Origin: a bacterium | GTDB lineage: Bacteria; Krumholzibacteriota; Krumholzibacteriia; LZORAL124-64-63 | Length of the DNA stretch: 22,562 bases | Assembly (NCBI GenBank): GCA_031441465.1 | Contig: JANOEP010000043.1 | Coordinates: forward strand, 1-22,562 | Direction: 5' to 3' | Shown: piece by piece, positions 1 to 9,080 of the stretch | Position numbering within the stretch: the first letter of the stretch is position 1 | Layout of the letters: each line of letters starts with the position of its first letter | Notes under the pieces: generated by a model | The model's database searches: none | Told to the model about the DNA's origin: nothing | The model's input: the letters and a program-made list of their open reading frames with translations, nothing else | Made by a program: the position numbers and the translations under genes

Positions 1-82
1 CTCCATGCCTCCGGAAGATCGGGTCCAGGTCCGTCTGGGGGAATCCCAGAGGAATCTGGCCTACTTCCGGCCGGCGGCAAGG

Positions 83-121
83 GGTGCCGCAGTTTTAGAC
101 CGGCGCGACAGGTGCCGCACT
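83..121 (+). repeat. Direct-repeat pair GGTGCCGCA(G/C)T (83-93, 111-121), each followed by TTT
   Basis: Read directly: ggtgccgcagtttt and ggtgccgcactttt, just downstream of the Res stop codon. Confidence 0.7.
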
Positions 122-134
122 TTTCAGCCGGCGT

Positions 135-3101
135 TTACAAGTATCCCCGGATTAGATTCTGCGCGTCCCACGGATCCCCGATCTCAAGAAAGGCCCAGCG
201 GCCGAATCCACCGTGGTTGTTGACGGCTGGCACCCAGAGGGTTCGAGCCACAGCAACCTTGGCTACCTTTTCCTTTTTATGCTCGCCCGTTACTTCGACG
301 ATCAGGTTCAGTAGGTCGCTCTGGCCGTTGCCGTCATCTAAGCAGGCAATAAAGTCGGGAATATAGTTTTTCTGCTCACCGTTAATCGTAAATGGGACCG
401 TGAAACCCATGTTGTGGTTCTTTACGTAACGTACCACTTCAGGCATACCCTCGAGAACCTCGGCCATCTTCTGTTCCCATGACTCAGTGTCAGCAACAAC
501 GTGGGAGATGTGACACTTGTCAACACTGGTTGCGAATACTGGCCGCGTGGTGTCGAAGTCCACATAACGGGTTGAGCCCTGGGCGTCGAACGAGCGCAGG
601 ATCGGTTTGAGCTCCGCAGTGCCGTCTGTGGACGCGACAATGGCCCTGTAGATGCGATCTGCCGCGTCATGGGCGAACTCGATCAACAAAAGTAGCTGTG
701 GAAAGGTGCCATCCTTCAGTGTCACACACTCGGCAAGCCACCGCTTGGTGATGCCCAGCAACTGCGGGAACAGCCAGGGCTTGTCGTTTCCATCGTCGTC
801 GCGGAAATAGCGTTCTAGCGTCAACTTGGCAAGCGTGAAGGCGACTTCGCTGGAGCGTCTCCGTTTTAGGTCATCCAGGTTGTGGTTGCTCGATTCACCA
901 ACTATTGGGGCGTTTTCAGTGTTCAGGGGGATGTCTGCGGTGGACAACGCCAGCTGGGACTCTTCGGTAAACGTCGCAGAGAGCTTCTCCCCTGCCAGTT
1001 CGTAGCGATAGCCGATCAAGCGCGGGAATGAGATTTCGCAGTCGATCCTGTTTTCGAGGGCGCGTACGCGGGTGGGCAACGGACCGGGTTTAGGATTCTC
1101 AGATGATCCGCTGCACGGGATGAACGAAAACGGCACGCCATAGACTTCGGCATATTCGGGGACGCACAATCCGTCCTCGTTGACAGCGTAGCTCATGCGG
1201 CGTAGGGCGCGTCCCACAACTTGCTCGCATAATAGTTGGGTACCAAAGGCCCGTACGCCCAGGACGTGGGTGACAGTGTTGGCGTCCCACCCCTCGGTGA
1301 GCATCGAGACACTAACCACGCACTTGATGTGTTCCCCAAGTTTGCCGGACTTGCCAACGGTGTTCATCACTTCCCGCAGTAGGTCTTCGTCTGTGAGGCT
1401 CTCGGCGTCTCGACCGGGGAAACGAACGCGGTACTCATCCTTGAACTCCTCAATCTCGCGGGCAGCAATCTTTTTGAAGTCGTCGGTCATAGATTCGCCA
1501 GATTCAAGCTGCTGGCTGTCCACCAGGATCGTGTTAGGCCGGTTCAGCCAGACGCCGCGGCCGTCGTCGTTACGGAAGATGGGCAGCTGTCCGGCCTGGG
1601 CCACAACCTGCCCTCCGATCAACTTCTCCCAGCCCGCGATGTAGTCGAATACCAGCTTGGAGACATTCGTGTTGTTGCAGACGACAATGAACACAGGCGG
1701 TGTGATGCCGCGGGCCTGAGCCACGGTGTTTTGCTCCCACAGGCGGTAGTATTTCTCATAATTGCCATAGAGGCTGTGCAGGGCGCCCTGAAGCTCAACT
1801 GGTAGCTTCGGATCACCACTCACATCTTCTGTCTTGCGCCCCTTCTTGGGCAGATGTTCGCGGATGCGTAACCAGAGGTCACGGTAGGTGGGTTGGTCAC
1901 CAGTCATCGAATCGTCGACGACCGGCACCCGCGGGACCTTGACGATTCCGGCCTCGATCGCATCGATCAGGGAGAAGTCAGAGACCACCCACGGGAAGAG
2001 CGTGCCTTCGCTGTAACCGGAGCCGCGGAGGAAGAATGGCGTGGCTGACAGGTCGTATATGGCCTTCACCCCGAGCTTCGCCTTCACGGCTTCAATGCCA
2101 GAGATCCAGATGCGCGCCTCCTCCTCGCGGCTCTTCGCCTCGACGCGGTCGTCACCTGTGAGCTTCTCCTCTTCAGCATCGGGCTTGCGTCGGTAGCAGT
2201 GATGGGCTTCGTCATTGATGACGACGATGTTCTTCTTGGTACCCAGCTCACGGCACACGCGCCGGACCATCTGATCCGGTGACTCAGTGAATACTCCTGC
2301 ATCGGCAGCGAGGATGCTTTTGGTCAGCTTGCCTGCAGCCTGTCGCTCGCGGAGTTTCAGCGTATGGAAGTTCGTAATCACGATGCGAGCCTGAGACAAT
2401 TCCTCAAGCATTTGCGGCGGCAGGATATCGCGCTGACGGTAGTAGTTGCCGGGATCGTTGGGCAGAAGCACACGCAACCGATCGCGTATCGTGATCCCGG
2501 GTGAGATAATCAGAAATGTATCAGTGAAACGCGCGTCCTGCTTATTCGCGAGTTTATTCAGCGCTTGCCAGGCTATGAGCATCGCCATGACGACAGTCTT
2601 GCCTGAACCGGTGGCCATTTTCATGGCTATCCGCGGTAGACCGGGATTGGACTGGTCGTTTGCATCCCGAAGCAGATTTTCAATCCAGGCGTCGCCATAC
2701 TTGCGCGCAACTTCGGAGATGTAGATAGCCGTCTCAAGGGCTTCGATCTGGCAGAAGAAGAGCTTCTTCTCACGTTCGGGATTTGTCCAGTAGTCGAGCA
2801 GACGGGCTGTTGTCTGCGTCACTCCAACGTAGCCACCCACACGCCATTGCGCCACGCGCTGGCGGATGCGGTTGATGTTCTTGTTTTCCTCGATGCGGTC
2901 CTGTGTCCACTCGGTGCCGAAACCGAGCACCAGGTTGTTGGATTTCTTCCGGGGCTGGGCGATAGGGATAAAGTAGGAACTGATCCGGCGTCCTTCGACA
3001 ATGTCATTCGTGATCCCGTCATCATCGAAGCGGAAGTGCCGGGATGGCTCAGCGAAGGGAGAGTTCAGAATGGGGTTCTCGATTACGACCTGTCTCGGCA
3101 T
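135..3101 (-). CDS. Type III restriction enzyme Res-like subunit (SF2 DEAH helicase/ATPase + C-terminal PD-(D/E)xK-like nuclease)
   Basis: Motifs KMATGSGKT (Walker A), INDEAHH (Walker B), LSATP (III), MLTEGWD (V), QVVGRALRR (VI) and C-terminal YIPDF...IVEVTG. The ORF track starts at 3131. I prefer ATG 3101 (MPRQVVIENPILNSPF) because GGAG lies about 7 nt upstream. Confidence 0.88.
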   Translation of the reverse strand: MPRQVVIENPILNSPFAEPSRHFRFDDDGITNDIVEGRRISSYFIPIAQPRKKSNNLVLGFGTEWTQDRIEENKNINRIRQRVAQWRVGGYVGVTQTTARLLDYWTNPEREKKLFFCQIEALETAIYISEVARKYGDAWIENLLRDANDQSNPGLPRIAMKMATGSGKTVVMAMLIAWQALNKLANKQDARFTDTFLIISPGITIRDRLRVLLPNDPGNYYRQRDILPPQMLEELSQARIVITNFHTLKLRERQAAGKLTKSILAADAGVFTESPDQMVRRVCRELGTKKNIVVINDEAHHCYRRKPDAEEEKLTGDDRVEAKSREEEARIWISGIEAVKAKLGVKAIYDLSATPFFLRGSGYSEGTLFPWVVSDFSLIDAIEAGIVKVPRVPVVDDSMTGDQPTYRDLWLRIREHLPKKGRKTEDVSGDPKLPVELQGALHSLYGNYEKYYRLWEQNTVAQARGITPPVFIVVCNNTNVSKLVFDYIAGWEKLIGGQVVAQAGQLPIFRNDDGRGVWLNRPNTILVDSQQLESGESMTDDFKKIAAREIEEFKDEYRVRFPGRDAESLTDEDLLREVMNTVGKSGKLGEHIKCVVSVSMLTEGWDANTVTHVLGVRAFGTQLLCEQVVGRALRRMSYAVNEDGLCVPEYAEVYGVPFSFIPCSGSSENPKPGPLPTRVRALENRIDCEISFPRLIGYRYELAGEKLSATFTEESQLALSTADIPLNTENAPIVGESSNHNLDDLKRRRSSEVAFTLAKLTLERYFRDDDGNDKPWLFPQLLGITKRWLAECVTLKDGTFPQLLLLIEFAHDAADRIYRAIVASTDGTAELKPILRSFDAQGSTRYVDFDTTRPVFATSVDKCHISHVVADTESWEQKMAEVLEGMPEVVRYVKNHNMGFTVPFTINGEQKNYIPDFIACLDDGNGQSDLLNLIVEVTGEHKKEKVAKVAVARTLWVPAVNNHGGFGRWAFLEIGDPWDAQNLIRGYL

Positions 3102-3359
3102 CTGATGTCTCCGCATAGGTTTATCTATCATGGGCTTTGTGCGGCGCTGTGTACTGGGGCCGCACCTGGGGCGATTCTACACCGGATACGCCCAGAGCGG
3201 AACCATGAAGGAGGCGGTCCCGTGGGACTGCCTGGGGCGGCTGGCGAAGCCTTCAGGCTGGCCCCGACAACAAACCGCGCCACCTCAGCGAAGAAGCGGT
3301 GCGGCTGCCGGACGAGGGTCTGGGCGAGACAGGATCGTATCAGATCCAGGGCCAAATGT

Positions 3360-3938
3360 CTAGGCTCGGTACGTCCCCCGCGCCACCCGCTTGATCGCCC
3401 CACTGGTGGAGATAGTCCTCCGAAGCACATTCTCAAAGTTGGCGCTTTTCGTCTTGATCAGTTTCCTTTTCTGAATCGTGGCCATGATCTCAGGGAAGGC
3501 CATAGGCTTCTTGTTGGCCTTGAGCAGGGCGACGACGGTTGACTCGACGGTCTGGCGGGGGGCCTTGGGGGCGGCCTTGGATTTCTTCGCTACCTGGACC
3601 TTCGGCTTGCGGCCGGGTTTGGCTTTGACAGCGGCTACCTTCTTCCCTACCCGGACGCCTGGCTTCCGACCGGGCTTGCCCTTGGCTGCAGCGGTCTTCT
3701 TCGCTACCGGGACCTTCGGAGTCCGGGTAGTGGTGGAAACCGCATTCTTGGCCTTCGCTGCCGCACCCTCGAGTAGACTCGCCACCAGCTGATTCGTAGC
3801 GATCTGAACCGCGGCGTACTCCTTATCGAGGACGGCGAGGCGGGATTCGAGCTTCTTGAACTGGGCCTGGGTCTTGGCCAGTTGCTTGCGGTGGGCGGCG
3901 GTCGGGGCCGTGGTGGGTTTGGATTTCTTTCTCGGCAT
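3360..3938 (-). CDS. Basic DNA-binding protein: N-terminal coiled coil, Lys/Ala/Pro-rich repeat linker, C-terminal winged helix (HARE-HTH-like); possible nucleoid-associated protein
   Basis: Heptad-like LAKTQAQFKKLESRLAVLDKEY; KPGRKP repeats; C-terminal VVALLKANKKPMAFPEIMATI...VLRRTIS...IKRVARGTY fits a wHTH pattern; RBS AAGGAG upstream of ATG. Confidence 0.75.
   Translation of the reverse strand: MPRKKSKPTTAPTAAHRKQLAKTQAQFKKLESRLAVLDKEYAAVQIATNQLVASLLEGAAAKAKNAVSTTTRTPKVPVAKKTAAAKGKPGRKPGVRVGKKVAAVKAKPGRKPKVQVAKKSKAAPKAPRQTVESTVVALLKANKKPMAFPEIMATIQKRKLIKTKSANFENVLRRTISTSGAIKRVARGTYRA
3555..3719 (-). repeat. About 3 copies of a 19-aa (57-bp) intragenic repeat
   Basis: PKVPVAKKTAAAKGKPGRK / PGVRVGKKVAAVKAKPGRK / PKVQVAKKSKAAPKAPR. 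Confidence 0.8.
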
Positions 3939-3973
3939 GGGGGCTCCTTTCTTCCCTGTTGGATTCCGGCAGT

Positions 3974-4002
3974 AGATTATGCTTCATGGCGCTGGAAGTC
4001 AA
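3974..4002 (-). promoter_or_regulatory. Putative sigma70-type promoter for the basic DNA-binding protein
   Basis: Minus strand reads TTGACT-N17-TAATCT, about 35 nt upstream of ATG 3938. Confidence 0.45.
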
Positions 4003-4121
4003 TATGCAGAGATCCCCGCAACCCGCTCGTGTCTGGAGGCACATATCGGACACTGCCGCGAGTGGTGGAATCAGATTGAGTCAATAATTGAGACATGTTG
4101 CGTCGGCGCCCCTTACTACGG

Positions 4122-4150
4122 GGTGTCACACTTGTGTTGGGTGCCGCACT
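4122..4150 (+). repeat. Direct-repeat pair GGTGTCACACT (4122-4132) / GGTGCCGCACT (4140-4150)
   Basis: Read directly; same motif as at 83/111 and 9448/9509. Confidence 0.6.
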
Positions 4151-4206
4151 ATTGGACCGGTGCTCACAGACTTCTTCTGAATCCCGCAGTATGGTACTAC
4201 GCAGAT

Positions 4207-4863
4207 CTATTTGTCGCTCAAATTACCAACTACTGTATTTGCGTGCTGAATCACACGTCCCGCAAGACCAAATAGATCTGATAGCGTGATTTTGTACTTC
4301 TCTGCTTCCTCAAATATAGCAACAGCAGGTTTCACGGTACCTTTACCTGGATCCGGATATTTCCCCGCCCACACTACATAATGTTTTAAATTCCGAAGTA
4401 TCGCTCTGTCTTTTTCAGTTATTTCGGGTACGATATCGGCCAACTTCTCCAAATCATGATGCAGGTAGTATCGCTCTTGCTTCGCATAGCCATCTATTCC
4501 ATACTTCATAATCAACATCGCCTTAAGAGCTACTTCTAGACTATAGCCAACCAACATTAATACTACTGCACAATATTGCGAATCACAGATCCCACGCATC
4601 TCATTGGGTATCTGACTCAAGTCTGGTTGATTATTATATGTATTCAATGCTGCTTGTATTAACGCATGAGCATGCAGCATCCAAAGCACGGGTGATTTCA
4701 GATCTGTGCTTGATGGTTCTGATTTCATTTCAACGGGAAGGCCCGCGTTACGCATAACCAAGTTCAGGCGGTGCCACCCAAAGGCCCCATACCCAAAAGG
4801 ATCCGCAGAGAACCGACTGCGATCCGGAGGTATTAGATCTCGCCAACGGTACTCTGAGACCAT
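4207..4863 (-). CDS. HEPN-like domain protein
   Basis: GYSLEVALKA...HHDLEKL matches the E-x-x-L-K...H-D-L signature of HEPN-fold proteins; AT-richer than its surroundings; purine-rich RBS-like sequence upstream. Confidence 0.55.
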   Translation of the reverse strand: MVSEYRWRDLIPPDRSRFSADPFGYGAFGWHRLNLVMRNAGLPVEMKSEPSSTDLKSPVLWMLHAHALIQAALNTYNNQPDLSQIPNEMRGICDSQYCAVVLMLVGYSLEVALKAMLIMKYGIDGYAKQERYYLHHDLEKLADIVPEITEKDRAILRNLKHYVVWAGKYPDPGKGTVKPAVAIFEEAEKYKITLSDLFGLAGRVIQHANTVVGNLSDK

Positions 4864-4936
4864 CCCCTTAACCTACTCCTAAATCAGAATCTCCAAGGTG
4901 AGCACCTCTAATTATAGCTCTCGAGACTTATCAAAT

Positions 4937-5641
4937 CTAGGGAGTCAGATCACCCTTCACATCAGATGTGTTCACCTCTTCGTCCGTTGGACGAATTCTG
5001 CTCGTTCGAATAATTGCTTTATGCCAGTACCCGCCCTCGTATGATCGGCAAAGTATCAGAAAAGACAAACACGACATAATGCTTATGGATACTATAGCAG
5101 TATAGAGCCAATGGATTTTGGCATTCACGTTAAACGCTGGCAATGAATACCACAGCAATAATACCCACATGACAAATACATAAAAACTAATCATCTGATT
5201 AATTTTAGAGACGGATAGCGATGCGGGCCCAGTAATAATGCCAGATACCTTATCATAAGTACTTTGCGGGTCATTTCTTGAAAGAACGGTTTTGTACAAA
5301 GGTCCAGTCACAGAATCTTCAAGCATATCTACATGCTTCTCCCAATTTTCTTGCCATCTTTTACTACCGCGATTTACACAATACCAAGCAAACGAAAATA
5401 CTAGACCTAGACACGCCAACAATACAGCAAGATCCGCCCTGTTGGTTGCGCCGGATGACTGGATGGTGAAATACCCGACAAATGTTGCCCCTATAAAAGT
5501 CCAGAAGTATGCAGCCCTTTTCCAGTAGAGTTCTATCTCAAATCTTCTATTCTCCTGCGCCACCCGCAACGCATTATTTACAGTCATCTCACCACAAAAC
5601 TTAGAAATGTACTCATTCTGTGTCATTAGACGAGCTGGCAT
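4937..5641 (-). CDS. Integral membrane protein with about 4 hydrophobic segments and an RxFEIELYWKRxxYFW motif
   Basis: Hydrophobic segments YFWTFIGATFVGYF, LAVLLACLGLVFSFAWY, MISFYVFVMWVLLLWY, LYTAIVSISIMSCLSFLIL; also GSKRWQENWE; AGGAG upstream. From memory the motif resembles proteins labelled 'RipA family octameric membrane protein' (unverified). Confidence 0.7.
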   Translation of the reverse strand: MPARLMTQNEYISKFCGEMTVNNALRVAQENRRFEIELYWKRAAYFWTFIGATFVGYFTIQSSGATNRADLAVLLACLGLVFSFAWYCVNRGSKRWQENWEKHVDMLEDSVTGPLYKTVLSRNDPQSTYDKVSGIITGPASLSVSKINQMISFYVFVMWVLLLWYSLPAFNVNAKIHWLYTAIVSISIMSCLSFLILCRSYEGGYWHKAIIRTSRIRPTDEEVNTSDVKGDLTP

Positions 5642-5661
5642 TACATCTCCTAAATGCTTCC

Positions 5662-5706
5662 GCTACATATCAGTTGATGCGCGTCCGGAGCCGGATGTTT
5701 GATGTG
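5662..5706 (-). repeat. Putative recombination-site-like element CACATCAAACATCCGG..CCGGA...TGATATGTAGC between two genes
   Basis: Inner stem TCCGG/CCGGA; outer stem ACACATCA/TGATATGT (7 of 8 pairs); both ends match the site at 6584-6624. Confidence 0.45.
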
Positions 5707-5719
5707 TGTGTTCGTTTTT

Positions 5720-6538
5720 CTACTCAATGCCCTGTTCCTTAAGCCACTTGACCCGTTTGATAATCGCACTACCCAATTTATCTACGGCAGTGTGTAAGTT
5801 GCCAGAGTTATCAAGTGAGACCACATTGGGAGGTATCCCGGGTAGATTCAAAACGAAGGAGACCGTATCCGTTCGTAAATGACTGTCGATATCTCGAATC
5901 GGATCGATATTTCGGATATACCGCTCCGTAAAAGGATCAGGTTCAGCCGCCTTAATGCCTCTCTCACGAATCCTCTTGAGGTGGGCATCGGCAGAACTCA
6001 AGTAGAGGTTAATGAGGAATACCTTTGAACGCACATCATTCGGAATTTCGTTGAATAATTGTGACGGCACAATGTTCACACCTTCAATGATCACTGGATC
6101 GCGCTTGGTACGTATACGATTGATGACTCTGACCAGGGCATTCAGCATAGCGGTTGATTGAGTGAGAAACCCATTAATTGTGCCTTGAGTGGTTCGCGGG
6201 AGCAAACCCATTTCTTGGTATGCCTCGAACGATGAGCGAAGAAGCGTCCGCTGCTCGGGTGGTTGCGCTGGAAGGATCCTATCGCGCAGAACCTCCCTTG
6301 CGAAGTCTGAGCCAAATACGGATGCGATATTGAGTTTGCGTGCAAGCGCCCATGCAATTGTCGTTTTGCCCACGCCTGACCCACCGTTAATCAAGACTAC
6401 AAAGCCGGGCGGAACACGTTGCCTCCAACGAAATGCGCCAAGGACGATAATGATATCCCTTTTTAGAAGTGCGGTCATGACGGCGGCAATGATGAGGAAG
6501 GCACCACCAATCCATGCAGCCAATACTTGCGGGTCCAT
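5720..6538 (-). CDS. P-loop kinase (2-phosphoglycerate kinase / NMP-kinase-like) with N-terminal membrane anchor
   Basis: VVLINGGSGVGKTT, SDFAREVLR, PVIIEGV and a lid-like HLKRIRER; hydrophobic VLAAWIGGAFLIIAAVMTALL. ATG 6538 has AGGAG 11 nt upstream. The track's GTG at 6610 lies inside the repeat site. Confidence 0.72.
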   Translation of the reverse strand: MDPQVLAAWIGGAFLIIAAVMTALLKRDIIIVLGAFRWRQRVPPGFVVLINGGSGVGKTTIAWALARKLNIASVFGSDFAREVLRDRILPAQPPEQRTLLRSSFEAYQEMGLLPRTTQGTINGFLTQSTAMLNALVRVINRIRTKRDPVIIEGVNIVPSQLFNEIPNDVRSKVFLINLYLSSADAHLKRIRERGIKAAEPDPFTERYIRNIDPIRDIDSHLRTDTVSFVLNLPGIPPNVVSLDNSGNLHTAVDKLGSAIIKRVKWLKEQGIE

Positions 6539-6583
6539 ATTCAGCCATTCTCCTTTCAAACAGAGATTATATAAATCTGTCTT

Positions 6584-6624
6584 GCTAGATAGTACCGCAG
6601 GATATCCCACGGTATGTTGATGTG
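6584..6624 (-). repeat. Element-proximal site CACATCAACATACCG...CGGTACTATCTAGC
   Basis: Contains the imperfect palindrome TACCGTGGGATATCCTGCGGTA and overlaps the left inverted end of the element. Confidence 0.5.
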
Positions 6625-6753
6625 AACGAAGCCGCTACGCGGCAGCTCCCGAGGCCCGTTTCTAACAAGATCCCAAAAAGGAGGGGCGCCCCCCTATAAT
6701 CGACAGACGTGACGCCAATCACCTTCTGCCGAACAAGTTAGGGAGGACACCCC

Positions 6754-7623
6754 ATGGGAATCATCCGCGATCGTATGGCCATCGACCTGCGACTGGCCGG
6801 GTACAGCGCCTGCACCCGCAGAAACTACATGATGCACGCCCGCCGGTTCGTCGCCCACTACCAGCGCCCGGCGGCGGAACTCGGGGCCGAGCACATCCGC
6901 GAATTCCTCTTCCACCTGGTCGAAAACCACGACGTATCTGACGGGACCCTGCGCCAGGTCCGCTCGGCCCTGCGCTTTTTGTATGTGGTCTCCCTGAACC
7001 GGCCGGTCGAGATCGCCTGGTTGCCTCCGGCCCGTCACCTCAAAAAGCTGCCCGTGATCCTGAGCGGCACCGAGGTCGCGGCCCTGTTGGAGGGCGTCCG
7101 CGAGCCCCGTGTCCGGGGCGTGCTGATGACGATGTACGCGTCGGGCATGCGCATCACCGAGGCCTGCCGCCTGCTGCCCGAGGACATCGACTCCAAACGC
7201 ATGCTCATCCACGTCCGTTGCAGCAAGGGTGGAGTCGACCGGTATGCCGTGCTCTCCCCGCGGCTGCTCGATCATCTGCGGGACTACTGGCGCCATGACC
7301 GCCCGAACCTGAGCGGCTATCTCTTCCCCGGCCGCTGCCGTGGCCGTGGCAGCCATATCAGCCCCAATACCGTACGTAGCGCCTTCAGGATGACCCTGGA
7401 TGAGGTCGGGATCAAGAAGGACGTCACCCCCCACGTGTTGCGCCATTGCTTCGCCACTCATCTGCTCGAGTGCGGGCTCGACGTCACCCTGGTCCAGGCC
7501 ATGCTCGGGCATCGCTCCCTGCGGGCCACGCAGAGGTATGTCCACATCGCCGTTGAGCACATCGCCAAGACGAGCAGTCCGCTCGACGCACTGGGTACCG
7601 AGCGCGCCGCGGTCCTCGGGTGA
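6754..7623 (+). CDS. Tyrosine recombinase/integrase (N-terminal SAM-like domain + catalytic domain)
   Basis: Full catalytic set: YASGMRITE (R), SKGG (K), HVLRH (HxxR), LGH, TQRY (Y); RBS GGAGG upstream. Confidence 0.95.
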   Translation: MGIIRDRMAIDLRLAGYSACTRRNYMMHARRFVAHYQRPAAELGAEHIREFLFHLVENHDVSDGTLRQVRSALRFLYVVSLNRPVEIAWLPPARHLKKLPVILSGTEVAALLEGVREPRVRGVLMTMYASGMRITEACRLLPEDIDSKRMLIHVRCSKGGVDRYAVLSPRLLDHLRDYWRHDRPNLSGYLFPGRCRGRGSHISPNTVRSAFRMTLDEVGIKKDVTPHVLRHCFATHLLECGLDVTLVQAMLGHRSLRATQRYVHIAVEHIAKTSSPLDALGTERAAVLG

Positions 7624-7632
7624 CGCGACGAC

Positions 7633-8856
7633 ATGCACGGCGAACGACCTCAGCTCGAGGTCGCCGACCTGGTCCGGCTCCACGGTGAGAGCCTGAGCCG
7701 GAGTTATCCGTTGTCGGCGGCCCAGCGCAAAGTGATGCGCCACATCGCCACTTGTCGCACCGCGGCCCTCGGGGGCCACATCGACGAGTGCGACGGTTGC
7801 GGTCACCAGCGTCTGTCCTACAACTCCTGCCGCGACCGGCACTGCCCGAAGTGCCAGGGGACGCAGCGCGCCGCGTGGCTCGAGCGACGGCTGCAGCGGC
7901 TGCTGCCCACGCCCTACTTCCACGTCGTGTTCACGTTGCCGGACGAGCTCAACCCGCTCATGCTGCGCAACAAGCGCCTCAGCTACAAGATCCTCTTTGA
8001 CGCCGCCGCCCAGACGCTGCAGCAGATCGCGGCCGACCCGCGTCGTCTCGGCGCCCAGATCGCCATCACGGCCGTCCTGCACACCTGGGGCCAGAGTCTG
8101 CGCTTCCATCCCCACCTGCACTGCGTGGTCACCGGCGGCGGTCTCTCGCTCGACGGCCAGCGCTGGGTCGCAGGAGACGAGAGCTACTTCCTACCCGTGC
8201 GGGTGCTGGCCAAGCTCTACCGCGGCAAGTTCCTCGCGGCGATCAACCACGCCTACCAGCAGAACCAGCTTGACCTCGGCGGCGAGTGCGTCGCGTTGGC
8301 GAATCCGGTCGAGTGGGCCGCCTGGCGCGACCTACTCTACCGCAAGGACTGGGTCGTCTATGCCAAGCCGCCGTTCGGGGGACCCGAGGTTGTCTTCCGC
8401 TACCTAGGCCGCTACACTCATCGCGTGGCGATCTCGAACCACCGGCTCGTGAGTCTCGTTGACGGCCAGGTCACGTTCACCGTCAAGGACTACGCCGACG
8501 GCAATCGCAGCAAGACCATGACCCTGGATGCCGAGCAGTTTTTACGACGGTTCCTGCTGCACGTCCTGCCGCACCGGTTCGTCCGCATCCGGCACTACGG
8601 GCTGGTCGCCAGTCGCAACGTCGCAACGAAGCTCGCGGCAGCGCGACGTCTGCTCGAATCATCAATACCCGGTTGTCAAAGAACGCAGCCGGTCTCACCG
8701 GCGACGCAGCAGGATGAGTCCGCACCCAGCTGGAACATCTGCCCAGCGTGCGGCAAGTCCCAGATGCGTCGTACTGGAATATTACCAGAAAGCGGCACTC
8801 GTTATAGCGCCAATCTTGCGCGGGCCTCGCCCTCGTGGCGGGATGAAGCAGCATGA
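7633..8856 (+). CDS. IS91-family transposase (Zn-binding domain + HUH/Y2 domain)
   Basis: CRTAALGGH..C..CG..YNSCRDRHCPKC, HVVFTLP, HPHLH (HUH), YLGRY (YxxxY), FLLHVLP..F.RIRHYG, C-terminal CPACG. Confidence 0.95.
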   Translation: MHGERPQLEVADLVRLHGESLSRSYPLSAAQRKVMRHIATCRTAALGGHIDECDGCGHQRLSYNSCRDRHCPKCQGTQRAAWLERRLQRLLPTPYFHVVFTLPDELNPLMLRNKRLSYKILFDAAAQTLQQIAADPRRLGAQIAITAVLHTWGQSLRFHPHLHCVVTGGGLSLDGQRWVAGDESYFLPVRVLAKLYRGKFLAAINHAYQQNQLDLGGECVALANPVEWAAWRDLLYRKDWVVYAKPPFGGPEVVFRYLGRYTHRVAISNHRLVSLVDGQVTFTVKDYADGNRSKTMTLDAEQFLRRFLLHVLPHRFVRIRHYGLVASRNVATKLAAARRLLESSIPGCQRTQPVSPATQQDESAPSWNICPACGKSQMRRTGILPESGTRYSANLARASPSWRDEAA

Positions 8857-9080
8857 TGATGACAAGAAACGTGGTTGGCCGCAGATCGAAATGGAGTCGA
8901 CTGCCTACAAGCAGCTGGTCTCAGCCCGCTTCTGCATCCATGGCGGCGGCCAGTGCTCCGATCCGCGTCCGACAGGCCGTGCGCACGCCGTTCTGCTCTG
9001 CGAATCGCTTCATCCACCACCTGCACGGTCCCGGAAAATACAAATCCCGGTAATGACAACTCCATAGACAGGGCCTCGTT

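Noticed and set aside
270..365. Res nuclease motif reads E-V-T rather than E-x-K, suggesting inactivation
   Set aside because: Lysines follow closely (GEHKKEK) and such variants occur in PD-(D/E)xK enzymes; inactivity cannot be inferred without an alignment.
2847..3542. ORFs 2847-3542 (+), 3128-3436 (-) and 3130-3363 (+)
   Set aside because: They overlap better-supported genes and show no protein-like features.
4038..4100. Possible third cassette site (minus-strand GATATGT near 4041-4047), and similarly CTACAGATCAG at 9271-9281
   Set aside because: Only one end of the motif matches and the CACATCAA block is missing at the expected distance; could be chance.
6659..7623. Canonical integron (IntI + attI/attC), prompted by TCTAAC at 6661 and GTTAGGG near 6737
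   Set aside because: The recombinase lacks the IntI-specific insertion after YLFPG, and no canonical attC lies between the AT-rich genes.
6694..8121. 475-aa - strand ORF over the recombinase and transposase
   Set aside because: Antisense shadow; the + strand genes carry complete catalytic motifs.
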